From: Dendrobates tinctorius | Lineage: Eukaryota | Direction: 5' to 3' | NCBI RefSeq assembly: GCF_039654945.1 | Contig: NW_027361831.1 | Span: 1,364,001 to 1,428,000, forward strand | Length of the DNA stretch: 64,000 nucleotides | Shown: piece by piece, positions 23,879 to 36,200 of the stretch | Position numbering within the stretch: the first letter of the stretch is position 1 | How the letters are laid out: every line of letters starts with the position of its first letter | The notes under the pieces: generated by a model | Told to the model about the DNA's origin: nothing | What the model saw: the letters and a program-made list of their open reading frames with translations, nothing else | The model's database searches: none | Program-made: the position numbers and the translations under genes

Positions 23879-25248
23879 CACTACCGTTCAAAAGTTTAAG
23901 GTCACTTAGAAATTTCCTTATTTTTGAAAGAAAAGCACAGTTTTTCAAATGAAGCTAACATTAAATGAGTCAGAAATACACTCTATACATTGATAATGTG
24001 GTAAATGACTGTTCTAGCTGCAAACGTCTGGTTTGTAATGCAATATCTTCATAGATGTGTAGAGGCCCATTTCCAACAACCATCACTCCAGTGTTCTTAT
24101 GGTACTTTGTGTTTGCTAACTGTGTAAGAAGGCTAATGGATGGCTAGAATACCCTTGAAAACCCTTGTGCAAGTATGTTAGCACAGCTGGAAACAGTTTG
24201 GCTGATTAGAGAAGCTATAAACCTGACCTTTCTTTGAGCTAGTTGAGAATCTGGAGCATTACATTTGTTGGTTCCATTAAACTCTCAAAATGGACAGAAA
24301 AAAAGAACTTTCATGTGAAACTCGACAGTCTATTCTTGTTCTTAGAACTGAAGGCTATTCCATGCGAGAAATTGCCAAGAAACTGACGATTTCCTACAAC
24401 GGAGGAGAGCACAAACAAGCTCTAACCAATGTAGAAAGAGAAGTGCAAGGCCCCACTGCACAACTGAGCAACAAGACAAGTACATTAGAGTCTGTAGTTT
24501 GTGAAATCGATGCCTCACAGGTCCTCAACTGGCAGCTTCATTAAATATACATGCAAAACGCCAGTGTCAACGTCTACAGTGAAGAGGCGACTCCGGGATG
24601 CTGGCCTTCAGGGCAGACAGGCAAAGAAAAAGCCATATCTGAGACTGGCTAATAAACGGAGAAAGTGGGAGATTTGTACAAGGTAATAAGGAAGGCTATC
24701 ACTCCATTTTGCAACGCCATGCCATACCCTGTGGACAGCTCTTGATTGGAGCCAATTTCATCCTACAACAGGACAATGACCCAAAGCACACCTCCAAATT
24801 ATGCAAGAACTATTTAGGGAAGAAGCAGGCAGCTGGTATTCTATCTGTAATGGAGTGGTCAGAGCAGTCACCAGATCTCAACCCCATTGAGCTGTTGTAG
24901 GAGCAGCTTGACCGCATGGTACGCAAAAAGTGCCCATCAAGCCAAAGCAACTTGTGGGAGGGGCTTCTGGAATCATGGGGTGAAATTTCTCCAGATTACC
25001 TCAGCAAATTAACTGCTAGAATGCCAAAGGTCTGCAATGTTGTAATTGATGCAAAGGGAGTATTCTAGGTCGAAAGCAAAGTTTGAAGGAGAAAATTATT
25101 ATTTCAAATAAAAATCTTTTTTTCAAACCTTGTCAATGTCTGGACTAGATTTTAAATTCATTTGGCAACTCATCTGATTAATAAAAGTATGAGTTTTCAT
25201 GGAAAACACAAAATTGTCTGGGTGACCCCAAACCTTTGAACGGTAGTG
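23879..25248 (+). mobile_element. Tc1-like transposon, internally deleted and decayed
   Basis: TA|CACTACCGTTCAAA...TTTGAACGGTAGTG|TA; fragments MDRKKELS...GYSMREIAKKL and QQDNDPKH...SPDLNPIE. Confidence 0.9.
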
Positions 25249-25485
25249 TACCAGGATGAGGGTGCATACACCAGGATGAGAGTGCATATACCAGGATAGG
25301 AAGCATATTCCTTTCTATCTGCAGCCTGATACCGCTGCTCCTGTCTATGGCTGCTCTCCGCATGAGTTGTCCTTTCTAATGGAAAACCTCAGTATTCCGG
25401 TTATATAGCCGTGTTGTGTTGGCACTTTGCGATAAATGACTGGGTTTTGGGTCGCAGTTTGGGCACTCGATCTCTAAAAGGTTCT

Positions 25486-26589
25486 GTGGGAGGAACGGCC
25501 CCCGTCGAGTGTCCGGGCCGGAACTAAGGGAGCCGTCATCTAGGTTCCGGGGGAAACTATTCCCGGGGGACAGAGTTCGGGGACGGATCGTTGAGATAGA
25601 CCGATGGGCTAGGGGAGGGGCCCGTATAAAAGGGGCGGGGAGTGCCAGTCTCGATGACTCAGCAGACTGGGACAGAGGCAGCAGGAAACCGTGGAAGCGA
25701 CTGAGAGCTAGAGCGACTTACCAGTGCCAGTGAAGACGCTCACTGAGGACTTCAGAGGGGCGGCGCCAAGACGACCGTCCGAGACTTGCTGCCCCGCTCC
25801 AGCCCACGGCCAGTCGCCCCAGCTCAGCACACGGCCGCTGCCGCCTCACCACAGCCCGCGGTCGCCCGCAGCCGTTGCAGTCCCGCTCCGGCCCGCGTCT
25901 GCGGCCTGTTCCCCGCCACCCGCAGCCGCCCTGCTCTCACCAGTGGCCACGGCAAGTCCAGTGCCGTCGGCGGCCACCACTGTCTCGCTCCGGTCTGCGG
26001 CAAGGGCCGAGCCTCTGCTCGCCGCGGAGTCCCCGTCGCAGCGGCTAGCTGCACAGGTGGTCTGTCAACCGCCACCCCGCATCGCTGCCGCTTGCCCCCC
26101 ATCCAGGGGCTGCGCCCTACTCGTCCAAGGACTCCTCTGGGGCCGGAGGTGCCCCAGCGCCACAGGAGCAGCGGAACGCTCGAAGACTACGTCAACTCTT
26201 TAGCAGCTGGGCCCAGCGGCTGCTCCGCCGAAAAACCACCGTCCAGAACGCCGAGGGACGTCAGGACGGCTAAGTTGACTTTATAGTTAAGGACCCGTAG
26301 TCGGCCATACCGCGGCCCTATAGTGACCGGCTCTCGCCGGACGTAGCCGTCTCCTCTGTTTGTGTGAACTGTATTGAGTCCCTGCGAGGGCAACCCTTGT
26401 TACCCCCTTTGGTTGAACAGGCTGAGACTGAGGAAAGTCCCCTTTAGGCCTATAAATGTTATTATAAAGGCACCAAACCGACTCGCGACTCGTCACTGCA
26501 TCCTGCGTACCTGCTAGTACCACATCACTGGTATATGGTGTTAACTCACGCAAGCTTATCTGGGATCAGCGGAATCCTAATAACCCACA
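25486..26589 (+). mobile_element. LTR-like element, GC-rich
   Basis: TGTGGG...CCCACA termini, TATAAAAG at ~25625; truncates a MITE end; no TSD seen. Confidence 0.5.
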
Positions 26590-26906
26590 GACAAGATACG
26601 ACACAATTTTTACATAAAGTAAACGGCGACTGTTAAAAATGCATAAAAGGGCAAAATGAGTATATGTCACTACTAATCAATCACAAATACATATAGGTGA
26701 TCAGTGCCCAAAATATAACTCATCCCGGGCCAAATGCAACGGATTAGGAACAAGAGGAAGCTGTAAATAAATGCTGAAGGGGTTAATGGCACCCAGTGAT
26801 GGGGAATCTCCAGCACCTACCTCCACCTGCAGGGGGCGCTATCTCCGGGAATGGAGGGGTTACTGCCCCCTGTGCAGCCCAGTAATGGGGAATCTCCAGC
26901 ACCTAC

Positions 26907-27015
26907 CTCCACCTGCAGAGCCGCACTCCACATATATGGCTGCTCTGTGCGCACAGGACCTGGGATGAGGTCACAGGAGGGGAGGAGTCAGGGGTCACAT
27001 GATCAGGGGCCTCAC
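26907..27015 (-). promoter_or_regulatory. Putative non-coding exon 1 and promoter of zinc-finger gene A
   Basis: Conserved with 105-240; donor GAG|GTAGGT at 26907/26906; E-box GTCACATGA at ~26994. Confidence 0.65.
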
Positions 27016-27040
27016 TGTATGCATGATCATGATAGTTTGT

Positions 27041-27059
27041 TGGCGCCATCTAGTGGCCA
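27041..27059 (-). promoter_or_regulatory. CTCF binding motif
   Basis: Minus strand TGGCCACTAGATGGCGCCA matches the CTCF consensus CCASYAGRKGGCR. Confidence 0.7.
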
Positions 27060-28799
27060 AAATTATAATAACGTATTGTGACACCATTGGAACCATTACT
27101 GCTGCATGATTGATTATTTTTTGTGACTCATTTGTGATTTATCTTGATTCCTTTTTTTTTTTACATTGGTTTTTGCATGCATCAGCACTTTAACGATAAT
27201 AGATAATCATCTTTTTAAATTGATTTCACAATCGTGCTTTTGAAATTCTGAAATTTTGTCGGGAAAAGTGCCGGCGAGACCGGTGTAGCGGGTCGGTCTG
27301 CGAAATGTCTTCCCTTCTAATGATTCCACCATTAAATGTGAGTGGTAATACTGAACAGTAGAAATGTTTCGGAACCTCATCAAACTTAGACACAATGTCG
27401 CAGACCACTTAAAAGTCACAGAGTAGAAAAAAGTCGCCAACACTCACAAACCACCTCTGGTATTAGCTCCTGCAGAAAAACTGGAGCCTCATGACATGTT
27501 TCCATAGCCATGAATCTGGGTATGGAAACTTCCGAATGTTATCTACCTCACCCTATAGTTCCAACTAGAGTTGAGCGACTTTTGCTTTTTTAGGGTCGAG
27601 TTTCGTTTCGTGAAACCCGACTTTTCCAAAAGTCGGGTCGAGCAAAATCGTCCGATTATAGGGAAAAGTCGGGGGTCCGACTGAAACACCAAACTCAATG
27701 TAAGTCAATGGGGAATAAAAGTCGGCAGTGAGAGGAGGACAGGAAACACACCTACAGTGCCCATTTGAATGCCAAAAGCATCAATTCTTCTTACTTAAGC
27801 TGGTCAACCTTAATTTACTTCATAATACAAGTTACGCACTGAAAAATGGGGGTTATTTGGCTAAAGTTGTGGGGGGGAGGGCTGGCTCCAGGTTTTCGTG
27901 TGCCCTGGGCGAAAGAGCGCCCCTTTAACACATACCACAACTCATCATGCTCCGATACGGCAGAGAAATAGCGGTATAGTACAATGAAAAATACCTCACT
28001 TTTTACATCTCATGACAAGGTCCATCTATTTCTCCATACAGAATCATTGGTCCCATATAATGTTTGAAACAGTATATGATGAGCTCCACATAATGCTACA
28101 GTATATGTTGGTCCCCATGGATGAAGCTCCACTGTCTTATGGGCCCAAATAAAGCTCCAAACATAATGGGCCCCATTTCTAATGCTCTAGTGTATAATGG
28201 GCCCTGTAAATGCTGCTCCAGTGTCTGATGTCCACCTTTGGAATGTTCCAGTGTATGGTGGGCCCCATCTATCATTCTCCAGAGTATAGTGCTCCCCAAA
28301 AATTGCTGTCCCAACATTGAAAACAATCAAATAAGTCTCCTCGCTAGGGAATCCCTGTACTTGTCTGGACTCCTCGTCGTCCCCATCTTCCATCTCACTG
28401 CACAGTATTTCAACCTTGCAAGTGCTGTGATCCTGAGCAAGCAGGGGGGGGCCCACTCGTTGGCGACGGCACTGGCACAGGGCCCCTGATAGTACGGTGG
28501 TGTGTCTGATGGCGGGTGGGCCGAACCTGCACTTTCATCTGCAGCTTCCTCTTTGTCACCGTGTAAGATGGAACTGTATATGGGAAGGGTAACCTGAGTT
28601 TCATCAGGGTCAGATTCAGGCCGGGTAGCGTGCGAGGGGAATGTAGTGGTCTGGGTCAATGTACCAGCAGAATCATCGAGCAGTGGCTGGGCATCAGGGC
28701 ACTTGTGTCGCCCCCAGGAGTACGGTCGCCACAGTGGCATTACCTTCCTCCTAGGGAGTGTGATGTCATGCTTGGGAGCAACGAAGGATCTCTCTAGTA

Positions 28800-30869
28800 C
28801 AGTGGTCCCCAACCTTTTTTGCACCAGGGACCGGTTTCAAGCAAGACCATTCTTCCATGTCCCGGCAGGGCGGGGATGGAGGTGTGGCAGGGGCGGGGCT
28901 TTGGTCATAAGGGGGCGGGGCTATGGACACGGTTGTAGTGTAGCAGTGCATACTTATAATTAAATAACATTTATAATGTGACTCAACTCACCATAGGTTT
29001 TGAATAAGTGCTCCATCACCCCCTTCTCCCCATCATTGCCTTCACCCCATCACTCCCTTCTCCCCATCATTGCCTTCACCCCATCACTCCCTTCTCCCCA
29101 TCATTGCCTTGACCCCATCACTCCCTTCTCCCCATCATTGCCTTCACCCCATCACTCCCTTCTCCCCATCATTGCCTTCACCCCATCACTCCCTTCTCCC
29201 CATCATTGCCTTCACCCCATCACTCCCTTCTCCCCATCATTGCCTTGACCCCATCACTCCCTTCTCCCCATCATTGCCTTCACCCCATCACTGCCATCTC
29301 TCCATCATTGCCTTCACCCCATCACTCCCTTCTCCCCATCATTGCCTTCACCCCATCACTCCCTTCTCCCCATCATTGCCTTCACCCCATCACTCCCTTC
29401 TCCCCATCATTGCCTTCACCCCATCACTGCCATCTCTCCATCATTGCCTTCACCCCATCACTCCCTTCTCCCCATCATTGCCTTCACCCCATCACTCCCT
29501 TCTCCCCATCATTGCCTTCACCCCATCACTGCCATCTCTCCATCATTGCCTTCACCCCCTTCTCCCCATCATTGCCTTCACCCCATCACTCCCTTCTCCC
29601 CATCATTGCCTTCACCCCATCACTGCCATCTCTCCATCATTGCCTTCACCCCATCACTCCCTTCTCCCCATCATTGCCTTCACCCCATCACTCCCCTCTC
29701 CCCATCATTGCCTTCACCCCATCACTCCCTTCTCCCCATCATTGCCTTCACCCCATCACTCCCCTCTCCCCATCATTGCCTTCACCCCATCACTGCCATC
29801 TCTCCATCATTGCCTTCACCCCATCACTCCCTTCTCCCCATCATTGCCTTCACCCCATCACTCCCTTCTCCCCATCATTTCCTTCACCCCATCACTCCCT
29901 TCTCCCCATCATTGCCTTCACCCCATCACTGCCATCTCTCCATCATTGCCTTCACCCCATCACTCCCTTCTCCCCATCATTGCCTTCACCCCATCACTCC
30001 CTTCTCCCCATCATTGCCTTCACCCCATCACTCCCTTCTCCCCATCATTGCCTTCACCCCATCACTGCCATCTCTCCATCATTGCCTTCACCCCCTTCTC
30101 CCCATCATTGCCTTCACCCCATCACTCCCTTCTCCCCATCATTGCCTTCACCCCATCACTGCCATCTCTCCATCATTGCCTTCACCCCATCACTCCCTTC
30201 TCCCCATCATTGCCTTCACCCCATCACTCCCCTCTCCCCATCATTGCCTTCACCCCATCACTCCCTTCTCCCCATCATTGCCTTCACCCCATCACTCCCC
30301 TCTCCCCATCATTGCCTTCACCCCATCACTGCCATCTCTCCATCATTGCCTTCACCCCATCACTCCCCTCTCCCCATCACTGCCGTCTCTCCATCACTCC
30401 CCTCATGGCCTTCTCCTCATGTCCCCATCTCCTCCAGGGCCAGGCTACACAAACACAGACCAACACACACATACATACACACACACACAGACAGACATAC
30501 ACAACACACACACACACATTATGCATACACACAGACACCACCTCTCTCCTCTCACCTGCCCGCCGCCCGCGCTACCTCGCTCTGACACAGCGGCCGCGCT
30601 CCTCTCTGTGTCAGTCAGAGACAGGAAGCGCGGGCGGCGGGCAGGAAGCTGGACGCAGTGGACGGGTCCTTGCAGCTCCGCTCCTGCTATTACCTCTTGC
30701 AGGCAGCGGAGCTGCTTGGATCGCTCCCTGGCTGCCGCTAGAACTGCTGCGCGCCGCCCCAGCCCCCGCTAGGCCACTGACCGCCCCTGGCTCCCCTTGT
30801 GTCCGCGGACCGGCAAGGGCACTGCAGCGGCCCGGTGCTGGGCCGCGGACCGGCGGTTGGGGATCCCTG
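28800..30869. mobile_element. Non-autonomous hAT-Charlie (MER1-like ends) element nested in the large hAT
   Basis: CAGTGGTCCCCAACC...GGTTGGGGATCCCTG, TSD CTCTAGTA (28792-28799, 30870-30877). Confidence 0.9.
29012..30405. repeat. 34-bp minisatellite (ccttcaccccatcactcccttctccccatcattg)n
   Basis: About 40 units; accounts for the PSLPSPHH ORFs. Confidence 0.95.
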
Positions 30870-30887
30870 CTCTAGTAGGTTAACTGA

Positions 30888-31000
30888 TTGGGCGGCGTTA
30901 TTCCCACGAGTCACGACCCTCCAAACAGCGTTCATGAAGGCAAAGTGTTTGTTTTACGTGGGCATTATGGTTGCAAAGCTGAACCTTAAACGAATGTCCA

Positions 31001-31031
<31 letters not shown>

Positions 31032-31363
31032 ATAATTTGACTCATCATGGGCAACCTCAACCATCCAGCCGCAAAAAAGATGCACACATTGCACAAGCTT
31101 AATTCCGTTAACGAACGAGACTCCGTCATGCCCCGCGGTCCGAGTCCGGCTTACTAGAGGGACACGCGAGGCTCTGGCACGTGAGATTGGCCAATAACTG
31201 GTGTGTCATGCCCTTACATGTCCGTGGCTGCATGTGCGCTACACTGAAAAGGCCAGCGTTTGTCGCTTACAGGTGCAGATAACCCGCTGAAGACCGTTAG
31301 TGATGGGGATCTGGGATTACAATTATTACCCGCGAACGATGATTTCCCAGTAAGTGCAGGTCA
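30888..31363 (+). pseudogene. Diverged, internally deleted 18S rRNA segment (3' major domain region)
   Basis: Recognisable blocks ggcggcgttattccca, tatggttgcaaagctgaa, gaagggcaccaccaggagtggagcct, ttaattccg.taacgaacgagactc, atgccctta.atgtcc, gcgctacactga, ttcccagtaagtgc.ggtca, all in 18S order. Confidence 0.9.
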
Positions 31364-31388
31364 ACCGCAGTTCCGGAATTAGGCCTAA

Positions 31389-32301
31389 GGCTGAGTTCAC
31401 ACGTGGCGTTTTTTTCGCGTTTCCGCGGCGGTTTTAACTGCGCGATTTTGCCGTGAAAACGCGAAAAATAAGCATCCCATGCATTCCTATGGGATTCCGC
31501 AATGCTGTGCTAATGCTGCGGTTTTTACCGCGGCGGAATCGCTTCGGAGTAAAAAACGCAGCATGCTCATTAATTTGCTGAATTGCGGTGATCCCGCACC
31601 CATAGGAATGCATTGTTCCGCTTACTTCCCGCATGTGGCTGTGCACACCGTGCGAAAAGTAAGCAGAACATTTGCCGATGGTACCCACGGTCCGGAGGAG
31701 AGGAGACTGTCCTCCGGGCTTTGGGTACCATATCCCTGTAAAAAATAGAATTTAAAATATAAAATATTGTTATTCTTACCTTCTGACGTCCCGCGCAGCC
31801 TTCCCGCCTCTCTCCACGCTCCCGGTCCCAGTAAGCCTTTGCGAAAATGCCCGCGATGGTGTCCGTTCTCGCGGTCATTCGGGCGACGTCATCGCGAATT
31901 ACCGCGAGACATCGCGATCCCGCGAGAACGGACGTCATCGCGGGCATTTTCGCAAAGGATTACTGGGAACGGATGCGCGGGACGTCGGAAGGTGAGAATA
32001 ACACTATTTTTTATTTTTTTTACATTCTATCTTTTACTACTGATGCCGCATAGGCAGCCTCAGTAGTAAAAAGTTGGTCACACTCGTCAAACACTATGTG
32101 TAACGAGTGTGACCAACCTGTCAATCAGTTCTCCAAGCGATGCTACAGATCGCTTGGAAAACGGTAGCATTTTGCAAGCTAATTACGCTTGCAAAATGCT
32201 AGTTTTTCCGCGGGAAAATCGCGGGAATTTAAAATGCGATATTCCCGTGGAATGGAATTCCGGTAATTTCCGCGAGAGTTCCGATACGAGTGCACATAGC
32301 C
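31389..32301. mobile_element. PIF/Harbinger MITE nested in the large hAT
   Basis: TAA|GGCTGAGTTCACAC...GTGCACATAGCC|TAA; internal palindrome at 31745-32020. Confidence 0.8.
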
Positions 32302-32385
32302 TAACCGTCATTCCTGAAAAAATGAAAAACTTACGTGTACAAACCACAGGTGCTGTAGCTTGCTTAACAGCTCGCCAGCCGTTCT

Positions 32386-32802
32386 CAGGCCCAGTATGGA
32401 TTACACGTGATTGCACAAAGGTGTGAAAGGGTACCGTATCCCCGGATAACATGTATGGATAGCATAGTGTACACATTCAAAATATATGTCTATACATCAG
32501 GAGGCAGGCTCAGACGGTGTCAGGCCCAGTATGGATTACACGTGATTGCACAAAGGTGAGAAGGGGTACCGTATCCCCGGATAACATGTATGGATAGCAT
32601 AGTGTACACATTCAAAATATATGTCTATAGATCAGGAGGCAGGCTCAGACGGTGTCAGGCCCAGTATGGATTACACGTGATTGCACAAAGGTGAGAAAGG
32701 GTACCGTATCCCCGGATAACATGTATGGATAGCGTACACATTCAAAATATATGTCTATAGATCAGGAGGCAGGCTCAGACGGTGTCAGGCCCAGTATGGA
32801 TT
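32386..32802. repeat. 135-bp tandem repeat x3 inside the hAT
   Basis: caggcccagtatggatt starts at 32386, 32521, 32656 and 32786. Confidence 0.92.
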
Positions 32803-33220
32803 TGACGGCCCAGACTACACAGCGGAGGAGCAGGGAGAGGTAAAGATTGCAAATGCTGGGGCCCTGCCCAAGCAAGGGGGGCCCACTCGTGGGCGTCGGT
32901 ACTGGCACTGGGCCCCTCATAGTACGGCGGTGTGTCTGACGGTGGGTGTGCACCACCACCGTCAGAGACACTTGATTGCACTATGAGGGACCCTGTGCCA
33001 GTGCCCGCGCCCAAGAGTCGGCCTACCCACCTGTCCAGGGCAACGGCACTCGCACGGTTTCGTGCGCTAGGTGGTGACCCCAGCCATGGGGGGGAGGCAG
33101 CACAGTTAGGGAGTTTTAGAAAGTGGCATATGTTGATGTTGGACATTCAGCTGATGCAAAAGGCGAAATTGTTCAAGTCCCAGGAAGAGGAGGACCAAAG
33201 CAAGCCATTTTTCTGTCACC

Positions 33221-36200
33221 CTATGTGTCATCAGGGGAAGGTGGGACAAAATCCTTGGAAACCCATGCATGGTTCATTTTAATGAAGGTTAGATCATCCA
33301 CATTTTGGGTTGACAGACGGGTCCTTTTTTCTGTCAGGATTGATCTAGCTGCACTGAAGACTCTTTCCGATAGCACACTTGCAGCTGGGCAAGCGAGCTC
33401 CTGTAAGGCATATTGTGCCAATTCAGGCCAGGTGTCCAGTTTAGCGTCCCAATAGTCAAAGGGGAATGACCTGTGCGGCAGAACATCGATATGGGAGGAA
33501 AAGTAGTTTGTAACCATAGTTGACAACTGCTGTCTCCTGTCACTTTCCATCGATGCCGTATTACCAGTTGTGTGAGCGGTACTTGAAAAATCAGTCCACA
33601 ACATTGTCATGAAACCCCTGTCTCCAACGCCACTTCTGCTCTGTGCACCACGAACACCTCTGCCAAGCTGTCCCCGGCCCGTATGGCTCGTGTGAGAACC
33701 ATCACCGTTGCTGTGTGCTGGGAATGCCTCAACCAACCTGTTTACCAGAGTTGCTTGTTTATTAGCCAATATTAGGTCAAGGTTCTCGTGTGGCATGATG
33801 TTTTGTAATTTGCCTTTATAGCGTGGATCCAGGATGCTGGCCAACCAGTAGTCGTCATCGTTCATCATTTTGGCAATGCGGGGGTCCCTTTTTAGGATCT
33901 GCAAGGCATAATCTGACATGTGGGCCAATGTTCCCGGTGTCAATGATGCACTGCGAGTGCTGGTTGGAGGAGCACTTTCTGGCAAATCCACATCCCTCCA
34001 GTCACGCACAAACCCTGTACCAGACCTTGCCACGACAACATTTTCACGTGCCCCACGAGATGCATCCTCCTCCCCTAAGTAATCATCCCCATCATCATCC
34101 TCCTCCTCCTCTTCTTCCTCCACCTCGTCCAGGAGAGGTCCCTGAGCAGACAATGGCTGAATGTCATCAAGGATTCCCTCCTCCTCTTCCTCCTCGTCAA
34201 CATTGGCAGCAGACGCCTGCTCCTTAAGGTGCGTCAAAGTTTGCATGAGCAGACGCATAAGTGGGATGCTCATGCTTAGGATTGCGTCGTCTGCGCTTAC
34301 CAGCCGTGTGCATTCCTCAACACACTGAAGGACTTTACAGAGGTCTTTCAGCTTCGACCACTGCACACCTGTCAACTCCATGTCTGCTCTCAAAGTGCCT
34401 GGCTGTGTATCCTCCCACAAATGCATTATGGCCTGCCTCTGTTCGCACAGCCGCTCAACCATGTGCAGGGTGGAGTTCCACCTTGTTGCAATGTCGATAA
34501 TGAGGCGGTGGTTGGGAAGGTTGAGCAACCGCTGCAGCTTCTGCATACGAATGGAGTGTACAGGCGACCGGCGGATGTGCGCGCACAGTCTTCGCACCTT
34601 CTGGAGCAGGGCTGTTAACTCCGGATAATTGTTGAGGAAGCACTGCACCACCAGGTTCAAGGTGTGAGCCAAGCAAGGTATGTGGCTGAGTTTTGAAAAG
34701 GCTATGGCTGCCACAAAATTACGGCCGTTATCACTAACTACCTTGCCTGCCTCAAGATGTATACTGCCCAGCCATGACTCAGTTTGTCGCTGAAAGTACT
34801 CGGCCAGCACCTCCGCGGTGTGTCTGTCGCCCAAACACATCATCTGCATCACAGCCTGCTGACGCTTTCCACTAGCTGCTCGATAGGGGGACACCTCGTG
34901 TGCAACAGTGGCAGCTGCAGATGGAGTGCTCGTACGACTGCGCTCTGTGGACAAGCTTTCGCTTCTGGAGGAGGAGGAGGAGGAGGGTCAAACGCCTACA
35001 GCCAACTGTTTCCTATACCGTGGGCTAGGCAGCACTGTCCCACCACCGCTGTCCCCTGTGGACCCTGCATCCACCACATTAACCCAGTGCGCAGTGATGG
35101 ACACGTAACGGCCCTGGCCATGCCGACTGGACCATGCATCTGTTGTGAGGTGCACCTTTCCACTCACTGACTGCTTGAGTGCATGGACAATGCGGTCTTT
35201 CACATGATGGTGGAGGGCTGGGATGGCTTTGCGAGAGAAGAAGTGGCGACTGGGTAGGTCATAGCGTGGTACTGCATAGGCCATGAGTTCGCGGAAAGCT
35301 GTGCTTTCCACCAACCGATAGGGCATCATCTCGAGATTAGTTTGGCAATGTGGGCGTTCAAACCCAGTGTACGCGGATGAGAGACTGAGTACTTTCTTGA
35401 CCTACTCATAGTCTCTGGGAGGGTGAAGTGGACTTGAGAGCTGCATATGGTGGAACTAGCGGTGGACAGGGCGGACTGAGAGAGGGTTGATGATGGTGAT
35501 GGAGTTGGTGTTCTTTCTGATGGCCTAGATTCAGTCTTTCGTTGATATAACAGTGGGATTCCCTGACTGCTTTGGCCTTGCAACGACACCTCAACATTTG
35601 CTGCTGTGCTAACCAGTGGGCTTACAGTGGGGGAAACAATGTAGCGTTGCTGACTACCTTCTTTGTGATCAGTTGCACATGTGGTACTTGAGGTTTGGTG
35701 TTGTGTCCACGCTTGCAAGCGCATGCTGGTTAAATGTCTAAGCATGCAACTGGTATTCAAATTTTTCAGATTTTTCCCTCGGCTAAAGGTCTTTGCGCAC
35801 TTCTTACAGATAACCTTGGCCTGATCATGAGGATTTTGTTCAAAAAAGTGCCACACTGCACTCTTCCTACTTTGGAAGACATTTTGCAGCCTAGCACGCT
35901 GTGCTATTTTGACCGTGTGGACAAGCTGTCCAGCAACTCTTTTGATTTTTGGAACCTGTCTTTGGAGTGCTCCGGGCCTGCCAGATAACAGCTGTTGCGA
36001 TGTCGATGTCTGCTGTGGATGCTCCTCCTCCTCATCTGAGCTATTGGAAGCAGCACCCTCTTCCCCCAATGGATGCCAATCTGGGTCAACAACTGGGTCA
36101 TCCATCACCTCCTCTTCAATGTCATGTGCACCTTCCTCTGTGTCACCGTGTATGGTGGTATAGTATGCGGGAAGGGGCACCTGAGTCTCATCAGGGTCAG

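Noticed and set aside
25724-26286. GC-rich Ala/Pro-rich ORFs
   Set aside because: Lie within an LTR-like element; composition-driven open frames
29070-30875. Pro/His/Ser-rich ORFs of 459-601 aa
   Set aside because: Translations of the 34-bp minisatellite inside a MITE
30888-31363. Functional rRNA gene
   Set aside because: Partial, internally deleted, mutated in universally conserved positions, no ITS/5.8S/28S nearby
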